From Ectobacillus sp. (lineage in GTDB: Bacteria; Bacillota; Bacilli; Bacillales; Bacillaceae_G), in assembly GCA_041640875.1 (NCBI GenBank), contig JBEPZN010000010.1, positions 51,062 through 115,061 on the forward strand: a DNA stretch of 64,000 bases, read 5' to 3'. Shown piece after piece: positions 55,686-64,000 of the stretch (positions are counted from its first letter, which is position 1; the number at the start of each line of letters is the position of its first letter). Made by a program: the position numbers and the translations under genes. The notes below the pieces were generated by a model. It searched no databases. It saw only the letters and a program-made list of their open reading frames with translations, and was not told where the DNA came from.

Positions 55686-56039
55686 ATGAAAAAGTTTCTC
55701 ACCTTTTTAGCAGCGGGAGTACTCGTTGTCATTGCGCTTGCCACGCTCGGTCATATCGTAGGCTTATTGATTGGAGCAGCGATTGCATATTGGAGCTTCA
55801 AGTCATTCCTGAAAGCCGATGCGCTGCTAGGAAAGTTTTGCTGGGGCATTATCGGCTTGATCGGCGTGTCCATTGTCTTCGGGAATTTCCCAGCTATTAT
55901 TGGAGTCGGGGCAATTGCATTGCTGTATTACGGGTATCGCAATTACAAGACTACATGCGGTAGCGGAAAACAGGAAGATGCGTACAAATCGTTTCGTAGT
56001 TTTGAAGATGAATGGGACCATGTAATGAAACATTATTAA
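55686..56039 (+). CDS. liaI: LiaI-like membrane protein (Lmo0954 type)
   Basis: Small multi-TM protein with FEDEW tail, upstream of PspA homolog. Confidence 0.7.
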   Translation: MKKFLTFLAAGVLVVIALATLGHIVGLLIGAAIAYWSFKSFLKADALLGKFCWGIIGLIGVSIVFGNFPAIIGVGAIALLYYGYRNYKTTCGSGKQEDAYKSFRSFEDEWDHVMKHY

Positions 56040-56058
56040 GAGAAGGGAAGAGATATGT

Positions 56059-56697
56059 ATGAAACAATCCTTATTCCAACGAATTCGTAATATTGTAATG
56101 GCGGATCTCCATAGCGCACTTGATGAGAAGGAGCGCAAACACCCGATTGCCCTCCTGAATCAATACTTACGTGATGGTGAACAAGAGACAAAAAAAATTG
56201 AACAGCTCATTGAGCGTCACGGCATGTTGAAGACAAGCTTTCTTCGCGAGAAAGAGGAAGCAGCATATATGGCAGAAAAGCGGAAGCAACAGGCTGATAT
56301 TGCGCGTCAAGCAGGCGCTGCTGACTTAGAGGCAAGAGCATGGAAGGAAGCGGAATATTATGAGGGGCAAGCATCACGTTTAGCGGAGGCTCATACAAAA
56401 ACAGCGGAGCAGGTCGAAGAATTACAACGCCAGCTGAGTGAGATGAAAAATAAGCTGAAGGAAATGCAGACAAAGCGGATGGAGCTCATGGCACGAGAGA
56501 ATATGGCACATGCCAACCGCCGCATTCATGACACACTTGGCAAAATGTCTAAAGATAATCCGTTTACACGTTTTGAAGAGATTGAAGAGCATATGCGTGA
56601 TCTGGAGATTCGAGTACAAGAGGCATATGAACGTGACACATTTGATTACAGAATTGCTAAACTTGAAAAAGAATTGAAAGAATCTGCGCATTCATAA
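56059..56697 (+). CDS. liaH: PspA/IM30-family protein
   Basis: ADLHSALDEKE, PIALLNQYLRD, coiled coil; lia context. Confidence 0.88.
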   Translation: MKQSLFQRIRNIVMADLHSALDEKERKHPIALLNQYLRDGEQETKKIEQLIERHGMLKTSFLREKEEAAYMAEKRKQQADIARQAGAADLEARAWKEAEYYEGQASRLAEAHTKTAEQVEELQRQLSEMKNKLKEMQTKRMELMARENMAHANRRIHDTLGKMSKDNPFTRFEEIEEHMRDLEIRVQEAYERDTFDYRIAKLEKELKESAHS

Positions 56698-56727
56698 CAG
56701 CCATTGTCTAGCAGCTTATGATATAGT

Positions 56728-56766
56728 AGAGAAGAAAAGGAATTGCATAACAATTCCTTTTCTTCT
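56728..56766 (+). terminator. Hairpin terminator after liaH
   Basis: agaagaaaaggaattg-cataa-caattccttttcttct. Confidence 0.75.
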
Positions 56767-56772
56767 GTTTCA

Positions 56773-57004
56773 TAATTTAAGAAAGCATAAATTTCCTGAC
56801 TGGAAATTTTAGGGATTCAATGTAAGGTGCAATTACGCCTCTGTCTTTGCCAATCGGCGAGTTTTCTTTATACTTTAAGAAAGTATAAATTTCTAGCTGG
56901 AAGCCAATTCGACGTAGTGAGAAATTTTAGGAACAAAGTATAAGTGCAACTACGCCTCTGTCTTCGCCCAAAGGCAGGGCTTGCCAATCGGCGAGTTTTC
57001 TTTA
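56773..57004 (+). repeat. Head-to-tail tandem of intergenic repeat (deleted copy 56773-56870, full copy 56871-57004)
   Basis: Junction ggcgagttttcttta|tactttaagaaag. Confidence 0.95.
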
Positions 57005-57031
57005 TCACAACTGGGAAAGGAGGAGAGGGGT

Positions 57032-57766
57032 ATGAAACGGCAGCTGCTAAAAACGGAAATTGTCGCGATTGCCGCCATTTTGTTTGGGATTGGACTCCTC
57101 ATTGATATTATTACAGATAACTTTGAACCGGTTGCCCTTGTTTTTTCAATTGTAATGATTGTAGTCGGTCAGCATTACCGCAGCAAAGGAAAGAGAACAA
57201 GAGGAACCGTTCTTTTATCTATTGGTGCTCTTATTTTTATTGTACATGTGTTCTCTTCGGCTGCGTTTCAGCTGTTGCTTGCAAGCGCAATTATATATAT
57301 AGGTTATGAATTGCTTCAAAGTAGAAGGCGGCCAGTTACGCTGCAAATCGAAACAAAGGAAGTGCCGGAATCTGGCTCTGCAGTGTTGCGCTCCGAACCA
57401 TTTTTAAAAAATATGTTTGTCGGAAATTATCGGATAATGGATTGTGTCTACGAGTTACAGGATATTAATATTCGCTATGGAGTGGGGGATGTTCAAATCG
57501 ATTTAACGACAGCAATGATTGCTGAGGGAGAAACGGTCATTGTGATTCATGGTCTTGTCGGTAATATCCGTTTGTATGTGCCGTACGATATTGAGTTATC
57601 TTTGAATCATTCTATGCTGCTTGGAAGCGTTTCTGCGTGTGGCCATGAGGAGGAGGGATGGAATCGAAATCTCATCCTTCAAACAGAGCAGTACAGGGAG
57701 GCTTCGAGACGAGTAAAAATCATCTCCTCACTTCTTGTTGGTCATACGGAGGTGAGATATGTATGA
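57032..57766 (+). CDS. liaF: Cell-envelope stress inhibitor LiaF
   Basis: 4 TM then DINIRYGVGDVQIDL, GETVIVIHGLVGNIRLYVPYD. Confidence 0.9.
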   Translation: MKRQLLKTEIVAIAAILFGIGLLIDIITDNFEPVALVFSIVMIVVGQHYRSKGKRTRGTVLLSIGALIFIVHVFSSAAFQLLLASAIIYIGYELLQSRRRPVTLQIETKEVPESGSAVLRSEPFLKNMFVGNYRIMDCVYELQDINIRYGVGDVQIDLTTAMIAEGETVIVIHGLVGNIRLYVPYDIELSLNHSMLLGSVSACGHEEEGWNRNLILQTEQYREASRRVKIISSLLVGHTEVRYV

Positions 57767-58815
57767 TAGGGAAGCAATCTAGTTTTCCATGGACATATTT
57801 TAACTATTCGATTTTGTCTTGTCTCGGCGTCTCGCTTTTTGCAACGATTGTATATGCTTGGAAAAGTGCTCAGCCAGTATATGAATTTTTAGTAGGACGG
57901 GAGATGGCGTCTGTTCCAATGGTTTTGTTTGTAATTGGCGGAAGCGGCTTGTTTGGTGCTGTAGTCGGCTATTCGATCGGACAATATACAAAGCGACGTC
58001 TAAACGAAATTTCTGCCGTTCTACTGGAAGTTGAGCGCGGAAGTTATCCAAAGGAGGCTTTCTTCACTGCAGAGGATGAATTAAGCTCCATTGGTAAGCG
58101 GGTTGTAGCTCTCTCTAACCGTTTAGAAGAACAGGCTGGATTATTTCAAAAGCTAACAAATGAAAGAGCTGAATGGAGCGAGGAAATGAGGCAGGCTACG
58201 ATTTCTGAGGAGAGGCAGCGATTGGCTCGCGATCTGCACGATTCTGTCAGCCAGCAACTGTTTGCTATGTCTATGATGATGTCTGCGGTGATAGCGCAAA
58301 ATGATAGAAATTCGGAAACGGTGAGCCAGCAACTGCAGCTGGTAGAACATATGGTCATAAATGCACAGACGGAAATGCGTGCCCTTTTGCTACATTTGCG
58401 TCCAATACAACTTGAGGGGAAAAAGCTGAAGGATGGAATAGAAGAGTTATTAACAGAGCTTTCGCGTAAACAGCATATTCATCTATCTTGGCATATTGAA
58501 CAAATTGATTTAGAAAAAGGGGTAGAGGACCATTTATTTCGTATTGTACAGGAAGCGCTATCGAATATGCTTCGGCATAGCAAAGCGAATAAAATGGAGC
58601 TTCGTTTCCGGCGCTTTGGGAAGTATGCGATTTTAAAGGTGATGGATGATGGTATCGGATTTGATGTTTCGCAGCGTAAAGTTGGTTCATACGGTTTGGA
58701 GTCCATGCAGGAGCGTTCGCAGGAAATCGGAGGTACGTTTAAAATTCTTAGCTTTCCAAACAAAGGAACACAATTGGAAGTGAAAATTCCCATCATTGCT
58801 AGGGAGGAGGGATAG
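57763..58815 (+). CDS. liaS: Sensor histidine kinase LiaS
   Basis: ERQRLARDLHDSVSQQLFA, QEALSN, DDGIGF. Confidence 0.93.
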   Translation: MIGKQSSFPWTYFNYSILSCLGVSLFATIVYAWKSAQPVYEFLVGREMASVPMVLFVIGGSGLFGAVVGYSIGQYTKRRLNEISAVLLEVERGSYPKEAFFTAEDELSSIGKRVVALSNRLEEQAGLFQKLTNERAEWSEEMRQATISEERQRLARDLHDSVSQQLFAMSMMMSAVIAQNDRNSETVSQQLQLVEHMVINAQTEMRALLLHLRPIQLEGKKLKDGIEELLTELSRKQHIHLSWHIEQIDLEKGVEDHLFRIVQEALSNMLRHSKANKMELRFRRFGKYAILKVMDDGIGFDVSQRKVGSYGLESMQERSQEIGGTFKILSFPNKGTQLEVKIPIIAREEG

Positions 58816-58818
58816 ACG

Positions 58819-59451
58819 ATGATTCGGGTATTACTTGTAGATGATCATGAGATGGTTCGTATGGGAGTCGCTGCTTATTTGTCTACGCAGCCAGATATTG
58901 AGGTTGTAGGGGAGGCAGAAAACGGCAAGCGAGGAGTCGAGCTGGCGCTGGAGCTTCGTCCTGATATCATCTTAATGGACTTAGTGATGGATGAAATGGA
59001 TGGTGTAGAAGCAACAAAATGTATTATACAAGAGTGGTCTGCTGCTAAAATTGTTGTCGTGACGAGCTTTTTAGATGATGAAAAGCTGTATCCGGTTATT
59101 GAGGCAGGGGCGGCAAGCTACATGCTGAAAACATCACGAGCGAGCGATATTGCTGATGCACTGCGAGCAACGTATAGAGGAGAAACTGTGCTTGAACCGA
59201 AGGTAACGGGAAAAATGATGTCCAAAATGCGCCAAAAGCAGGAGTACAAGCCACATGAGGAACTTACAGAGCGTGAGCGAGAAATTTTGCTGCTCATCGC
59301 CGAGGGAAAATCAAATCAAGAAATTGCTGATGAGCTGTTTATTGCGTTAAAAACAGTGAAAACACATGTAAGCAATATTCTAAATAAGTTGAACGTCAGT
59401 GACCGTACGCAAGCGGTAATTTATGCATTTCGTCACCAGCTCACAAAGTAG
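58819..59451 (+). CDS. liaR: Response regulator LiaR (NarL family)
   Basis: [28 protein letters not shown]. Confidence 0.95.
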   Translation: MIRVLLVDDHEMVRMGVAAYLSTQPDIEVVGEAENGKRGVELALELRPDIILMDLVMDEMDGVEATKCIIQEWSAAKIVVVTSFLDDEKLYPVIEAGAASYMLKTSRASDIADALRATYRGETVLEPKVTGKMMSKMRQKQEYKPHEELTEREREILLLIAEGKSNQEIADELFIALKTVKTHVSNILNKLNVSDRTQAVIYAFRHQLTK

Positions 59452-59566
59452 GGGAATAGCAACAATGGATTAAGCCCTTTTATCCGGGAAACTAGAAACA
59501 GGCAAGTTCCTTTTACATACATTTACAAAAGGTAGAGATTGCCGATTCTAAACGAGGTGAAGACGT

Positions 59567-60091
59567 ATGTATGATAATCCGTATTTTCCTTACGGAGATA
59601 GACCGATACAGCCGCAACCACAGCCGGATATTACACGATTGCCTCCTCCTGGTTCCTATCCGCCAGGGTATGGAGGCGGAGGCTACCCACCATATCTGCC
59701 AGGGCAGGGAGGCGGAGGCTACCCACCATATCTGCCAGGGCAGGGAGGCGGAGGCTATCCACCATACCCGCCAGGGCAGGGAGATGGGGGTTACCCGTCA
59801 TATCCGCCAGGGCAGGGACAAGGAGCCCAGCAAGGACCTCCACAAAGTGCTCCTCCTTCGTATACACCACAAAAGCCGCAACTTATGACGTATGCCGTTG
59901 ATCCGGGCGGCATAAGAGGCTGTTTGTATCGCTATACGTATATTTGGCTGCGAAACGGCAGAGGCTTTTGGTTTTATCCCGTATTTGTGGGACGTACTTC
60001 TGTCGCTGGCTATCGATGGAGACAAAATCAATACAGATGGGTTTATACAGGAATTGATTTAAATAACATTGATTATTATGAGTGTAGATAA
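59567..60091 (+). CDS. Pro/Gly/Tyr-rich protein, probable spore-coat family
   Basis: YPPYxPGQGGGG repeats; C-terminal AVDPGGIRGCLYRYTYIWL...FWFYPVFVG domain; GAGGTG RBS. Confidence 0.8.
   Translation: MYDNPYFPYGDRPIQPQPQPDITRLPPPGSYPPGYGGGGYPPYLPGQGGGGYPPYLPGQGGGGYPPYPPGQGDGGYPSYPPGQGQGAQQGPPQSAPPSYTPQKPQLMTYAVDPGGIRGCLYRYTYIWLRNGRGFWFYPVFVGRTSVAGYRWRQNQYRWVYTGIDLNNIDYYECR
59657..59817 (+). repeat. 36-bp coding tandem repeat (~4 units)
   Basis: ccagggcagggaggcggaggctacccaccatatctg units. Confidence 0.9.
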
Positions 60092-60199
60092 GTAAGAAGC
60101 CTCCAGTGAAACGGAAGGCATTAAAAAAGTTCGTTCGAAAAGAAAAAGAAGCCAATTACCTACTAGATGTGGATAATTGGCTTCTTTTCATGCTTGTGC

Positions 60200-60316
60200 C
60201 ACTGCAGGAGAAAGTATAAATTTCCAGCTAGAAGCGAATTCGACGTAGCCGGAAATTGTAGGAATACAGTATAAGGGCAACTACTCCTCTGTCTTCGCCT
60301 AAGGTTAGGGCTCGCT
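60200..60316 (+). repeat. Intergenic repeat, 3'-truncated copy
   Basis: cactgcaggagaaagtataaatttccagc...gggctcgc. Confidence 0.9.
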
Positions 60317-60497
60317 ACTTTAGGGCGCACTGAATTATGCTTAGTGGCCAACAAGAAAATAAGCCGCATATATGTTGTTTTTTTAGCTAATCATGTAATA
60401 GTATCTAGAAAATAAATAGAAGGAATATACTGTGGCTTTACAGAATGTATTATGTAATCCAAAAAGCGGATTAAACAAATCTAAAGAGGTGACGGAA

Positions 60498-60707
60498 ATG
60501 CTAGTGTCAGTTTTGTTGCTTGTCGCCAGTACAGTCACGTTATTTTTATATGCTTCATACGCACGTTCTTTAAAGCAATCAGAAGCATTGTTGTTTAACA
60601 AAGGAAGTATATTTGGAAAGCACTCTCGTTTTGTGGTTTGTGTCAAATGTGGAAGAGCACAGATGGCTAATGGCGGCTATCAGGAATGTTGCCGGACCCG
60701 GTTATAG
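60498..60707 (+). CDS. 69-aa membrane-anchored protein with CxxC...CC
   Basis: GAGGTG RBS; N-terminal TM, CVKC and CC near C-terminus. Confidence 0.6.
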   Translation: MLVSVLLLVASTVTLFLYASYARSLKQSEALLFNKGSIFGKHSRFVVCVKCGRAQMANGGYQECCRTRL

Positions 60708-60724
60708 AAAAGAAATCTTACCTC

Positions 60725-60918
60725 TGAACTGACTCCAAAAAGTTAGACTGGGATGTCAGGCAGCTTCTTGGGCATGAGTCCGGTATTGAACCGGACTCAT
60801 GCCTTTTTTTTGTCTTAATTCGTTAGCTCTGTCCTTAAAAGATTCTGTACCATCAAGATAAGCACGGGCAGCTTCTAATTTTGTTTCCAAAGAATGTTTG
60901 GTCATGAAAAAACCGCAC
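60725..60918 (-). mobile_element. Miniature internally deleted IS3-family (IS150-type) element
   Basis: IR TGAACTGACTCCAAAAAGTTAGAC; minus-strand ORF 60905-60756 MTKHSLETKLEAARAYLDG (OrfA start) fused to KGMSPVQYRTHAQEAA (OrfB end). Confidence 0.85.
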
Positions 60919-60930
60919 GAGCTTTCTTTA

Positions 60931-61137
60931 TTATTGTAGTCTAGATCTGTACTTTCGAGCTATTAAAAATCCAATGATGAGTGCAAAGAGAAGCGGCGTC
61001 CAGAATCCCGCTGAGAGCAGTGGATGAGTCATGTCGTACTGCAGCCATTCAATTGATAAAAAGCTTCCGAATACATAGAAAATGAGAATGGAAGCGAAAA
61101 ATGAAAGAAGTCCGATGACAATTAAATGCAACCTCAA
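60931..61137 (-). CDS. Small two-TM membrane protein
   Basis: AAGGAGG RBS, TTG start, two hydrophobic helices. Confidence 0.7.
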   Translation of the reverse strand: MRLHLIVIGLLSFFASILIFYVFGSFLSIEWLQYDMTHPLLSAGFWTPLLFALIIGFLIARKYRSRLQ

Positions 61138-61389
61138 GCTAATACCTCCTTACATACAGTTTCATATTTATTATTGGTTGAAAATGGATAAATTATAAGC
61201 GTGATTTGGAAAGATTGTCGAAATTACAAGAAAAATTTTAAAAGGAAAAGTTTTTCGTCGTATAGAATGTTATAACATCCTATTTTTTGTAATATATGTA
61301 ATATTAAGTTGAAGAAGCTGTTAGCAATAGTAGTAAAGAATACTGTACATACTTGTTTTATAAGAAGCTAAAGGTGGACGTGAGTAGGA

Positions 61390-61923
61390 GTGAATACAAT
61401 GAAACGACTGATGGTTGTACTAGGGATTTTAGCATGCATGGCGATAGGGTACGTTGCATTAAAAGAGCTGTTTGTTTATTATGGAAACCGTTCCCTTAGT
61501 GCGGCAGGCACTTTGCATTCGCAAACAGTGGATGAGAAGGAGTCATCGCTGCAGTTCATTCGGACTACACATGAAAGCTTAAATGCATTCTTGAATTTTG
61601 GAAAAGCGGATTCGTATACAGAGGGAGATTGGAAGCAGCTGAAGCAATGGTTTCAGGAGCAGGAGCCTGCATTAAAGGAATTCCCTAAGTTGCTGCGAGA
61701 TACAAAGCTACAGAACGATACAACACGTGCGTATGAAACGCTTAAGTTAGGAGTAGATAAAAACAACATCCAGCTTGTTATATACGGTCATCGTATTTAC
61801 CACGATTTAGACATTTTAGTGAATCAATATAGTCTTGAAACGAATGTATGGCATTATACAGAGTTCGAGAAACAGGAAAACGTAAAAATAGTAGAAGAGG
61901 CAATCCAATCGGTTTCACAGTAA
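61390..61923 (+). CDS. Exported/membrane-anchored hypothetical protein
   Basis: N-terminal TM, HRIYHDLD motif; start may be ATG 61399. Confidence 0.75.
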   Translation: MNTMKRLMVVLGILACMAIGYVALKELFVYYGNRSLSAAGTLHSQTVDEKESSLQFIRTTHESLNAFLNFGKADSYTEGDWKQLKQWFQEQEPALKEFPKLLRDTKLQNDTTRAYETLKLGVDKNNIQLVIYGHRIYHDLDILVNQYSLETNVWHYTEFEKQENVKIVEEAIQSVSQ

Positions 61924-61947
61924 AAGCATGCTTGTGCTGCAGACAAA

Positions 61948-62018
61948 TACACTGTATTCTTAAAATTTCCGACTACGTCGAATGATTTCTAGCTGGAAGT
62001 TTATACTTTCCTACAGTG
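61948..62018 (-). repeat. Intergenic repeat, first hairpin only (reverse)
   Basis: Reverse complement cactgtaggaaagtataaacttccagc...cggaaattttaagaatacagtgta. Confidence 0.9.
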
Positions 62019-62037
62019 CAAAAAGCTAACAAAGGGC

Positions 62038-62553
62038 TTATGCTTCTTTGTTAGCTTTTTTTTGTTCACGAAGCAGCCGGTTTACTGTTTCTCGGCGTAA
62101 GCCGATAAGCTGTGCAATTTCTGTTTGTGTTAAAATCTCATAAATCGGAATTTCGTTCAAATACGAGGCAAACCATTCCTCAAGACGCATAAACCGTTCT
62201 TTCGGGGATATGGCTGTTAGCTGATCAATACGCAGCTGCATCATACGCAGCTTTTCTTGAAGCTGAAGCGCAATATCTGCGTAACGCTGTGGGTTACTGC
62301 GCAGCTGCTCATACCACAAACTAGTGGGGAGAACTTCTACCTCTGTTTTCACCAGTGCAATGGCAGTGCCATGGTATTCTTTTGGTGAAAGTAAGGAGTG
62401 ATGGGGGATTGTTTCACCAGGGACAATAATGTTAAATAGAAAGGGTGTACCATCCTCTTGAAGACGAACTACTTTTAATAGACCGCTTTTTATCAGGTAG
62501 AGAGGTCCTTCGTGTCCTTGGTGAAATAATACTTCTCCTTTATGTATAAGCAA
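62038..62553 (-). CDS. Crp/Fnr-family transcriptional regulator
   Basis: cNMP-like N-domain, LTQTEIAQLIGLRRETVNR HTH; start uncertain (TTG after GAGGTG). Confidence 0.88.
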   Translation of the reverse strand: MLIHKGEVLFHQGHEGPLYLIKSGLLKVVRLQEDGTPFLFNIIVPGETIPHHSLLSPKEYHGTAIALVKTEVEVLPTSLWYEQLRSNPQRYADIALQLQEKLRMMQLRIDQLTAISPKERFMRLEEWFASYLNEIPIYEILTQTEIAQLIGLRRETVNRLLREQKKANKEA

Positions 62554-62750
62554 TGTAAGCACCTCTTTATACACTTTTTATAGCTGGAATCTTTCGGTTT
62601 TACGATCAAGAAAAGCTTGTAGCAGTGTCAAAAAACAGATAAATTCTCCCGTTGATAAGGTTTTTCTTTATTTTTATTGTTCTGTTTGTTAGTATACTTG
62701 GTAGCGAGTAAAACTGCAATGCGAACCTAATAGAGCTAAGGGGGACAAAC

Positions 62751-62975
62751 ATGCTAGAACAAAAAATGAATGATATTAAAATGCCTGCTGATGCGATTAT
62801 TCGAGTAGAAGAAATGAAGGGCGGCGTTGTTTTATCGGTAGAGATAGACGGCCGTGTTATCTATACGATGGCATACAATCAGGATACGGACAGCTACGGT
62901 GAATTGTATGACCGTAACGACAAACGGGCACGGCAGGTACACCATGATCTAATGGGATGGCAGCTGCTTCATTAA
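62751..62975 (+). CDS. Small hypothetical protein
   Basis: AAGGGGG RBS, 74 aa. Confidence 0.65.
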   Translation: MLEQKMNDIKMPADAIIRVEEMKGGVVLSVEIDGRVIYTMAYNQDTDSYGELYDRNDKRARQVHHDLMGWQLLH

Positions 62976-63276
62976 AAGCAGATTTGTAATTGCTGGTATC
63001 ATTTTTGGATGAGCATTCTCTATTATTCTTACACGACAGAAAACCAGCTTGCTTACAAAGTGGCTTGACTCCATATCTTATTAGTCATATGAGAATAGTG
63101 GACAAGCCGTGTTTTTGCCTAGTAGAAGATTTCTATAGACAGAGTACTTTTGTTTTCTAAACTGGTTGGCTCCTTTGCAATGAGTAGATATGTGGAAGTG
63201 AAACATACTCTCGGACATATAATACTATATTTTCTAAAGAAAAGACGCACGACTGACGCGTCTTTTCGCTTTTTCA

Positions 63277-63400
63277 CACTGTAAGAAAGTATAAATTTCT
63301 AGCTTAGAGCCTATTCGACGTAGCGAGAAATTTTAGAAATACAGTATAAGTAGGGCTACGCCTCTGTCTTCGCCAAAGGACAGGGCTCGCCAGCGGGTGG
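63277..63400 (+). repeat. Intergenic repeat, copy with degenerate 3' hairpin
   Basis: Matches consensus. Confidence 0.92.
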
Positions 63401-63406
63401 GATTGT

Positions 63407-64000
63407 TTAAAAAAGGGATTGATAAATCATGCGTGCTCCAATCATAATGAGCACAGCCCGCAAGATGTTTATAATTGTTTTTCCGCTTAATTTCATATTG
63501 ATATAGGCACCAAATCGTCCTCCTATCCAAGCTCCTGGAACGAGGACAAGTGCATATAACCAAATGACATTTCCAAGCAGGATATGGGTAATAGATCCTG
63601 TTATTGATGATAAAAAAACGACGAGCATGGATGTCGCGACCGCAATATGAGGAGGGAATGCAAATAAAAGCAGCATTGCAGGCACGAGCAACGAGCCGCC
63701 GCCGACTCCAAATAAACCGGATATACAGCCGATGAGAAAAGAAAGAATAACAGCTATGATAGGATGGAAGCCATATTGCACTGTTTTCCCTTCTTCTGTA
63801 ATAAAGCTTCTTGTAATGGCGCGTTTTTTTGAGAACGGAACAGGCTTCAATTTTTCTTTTAGCATCAATAAAACAGAAACTGCAATCATAAATATTCCAA
63901 AGTATAACGAGAAGGAATCCTGATTAAAAAATTGGTTTGCCCATGAGCCAACCATGCTTCCAGGTCCGCTCCCTATAAAAAACAGCAGCCCGCTTTTATA
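63407..64000 (-). CDS. TauE/SafE-family (TSUP) membrane protein, 5' end outside window
   Basis: SGLFGVGGGSLLVP, AVATS; frame open to window end. Confidence 0.88.
   Translation of the reverse strand, partial: YKSGLLFFIGSGPGSMVGSWANQFFNQDSFSLYFGIFMIAVSVLLMLKEKLKPVPFSKKRAITRSFITEEGKTVQYGFHPIIAVILSFLIGCISGLFGVGGGSLLVPAMLLLFAFPPHIAVATSMLVVFLSSITGSITHILLGNVIWLYALVLVPGAWIGGRFGAYINMKLSGKTIINILRAVLIMIGARMIYQSLF

Noticed and set aside
56981-57031. N-terminal extension of LiaF from the ORF track
   Set aside because: Extension derives from the repeat tail; strong AGGAGG RBS supports ATG 57032

Overview
AT-rich Bacillaceae chromosomal segment; the gene set and order (DUF3911/ykuS, ilv-leu, his, pssA, ltaS, lysA, cysH operon, lia) suggest a relative of the B. 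cereus group (inference only). Most of the window is core metabolism: ilvE-ilvD-[Ile T-box]-ilvBHC-(decayed leuA)-leuBCD, hisZGDBHAFIE plus an internally deleted histidinol phosphatase, lysA with a lysine riboswitch, a SAM-riboswitch cysH-cysP-sat-cysC-sumT-sirB-sirC operon and liaIHFSR. An accessory stretch (~3.8-15.3 kb) carries an AraC-linked sugar cluster, a truncated group IIC intron, a double phosphatase/Tat module (phoD-tatA, phoX-CxxH/CxxC-tatA-tatC) and an atypical stand-alone tRNA-Ala(GGC). The strongest unexplained signal is a ~133-bp non-coding intergenic repeat: 17 full, half or internally deleted copies plus shorter fragments. Its copies show independent compensatory base-pair changes, a three-hairpin fold, TTTA(T/C) junctions, tandem copies and strong strand bias, consistent with a structured non-autonomous mobile element or RNA. 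I also found several small ORFs missed by the ORF track and a miniature IS3/IS150 derivative. All calls are by eye; no database searches or folding programs were run.
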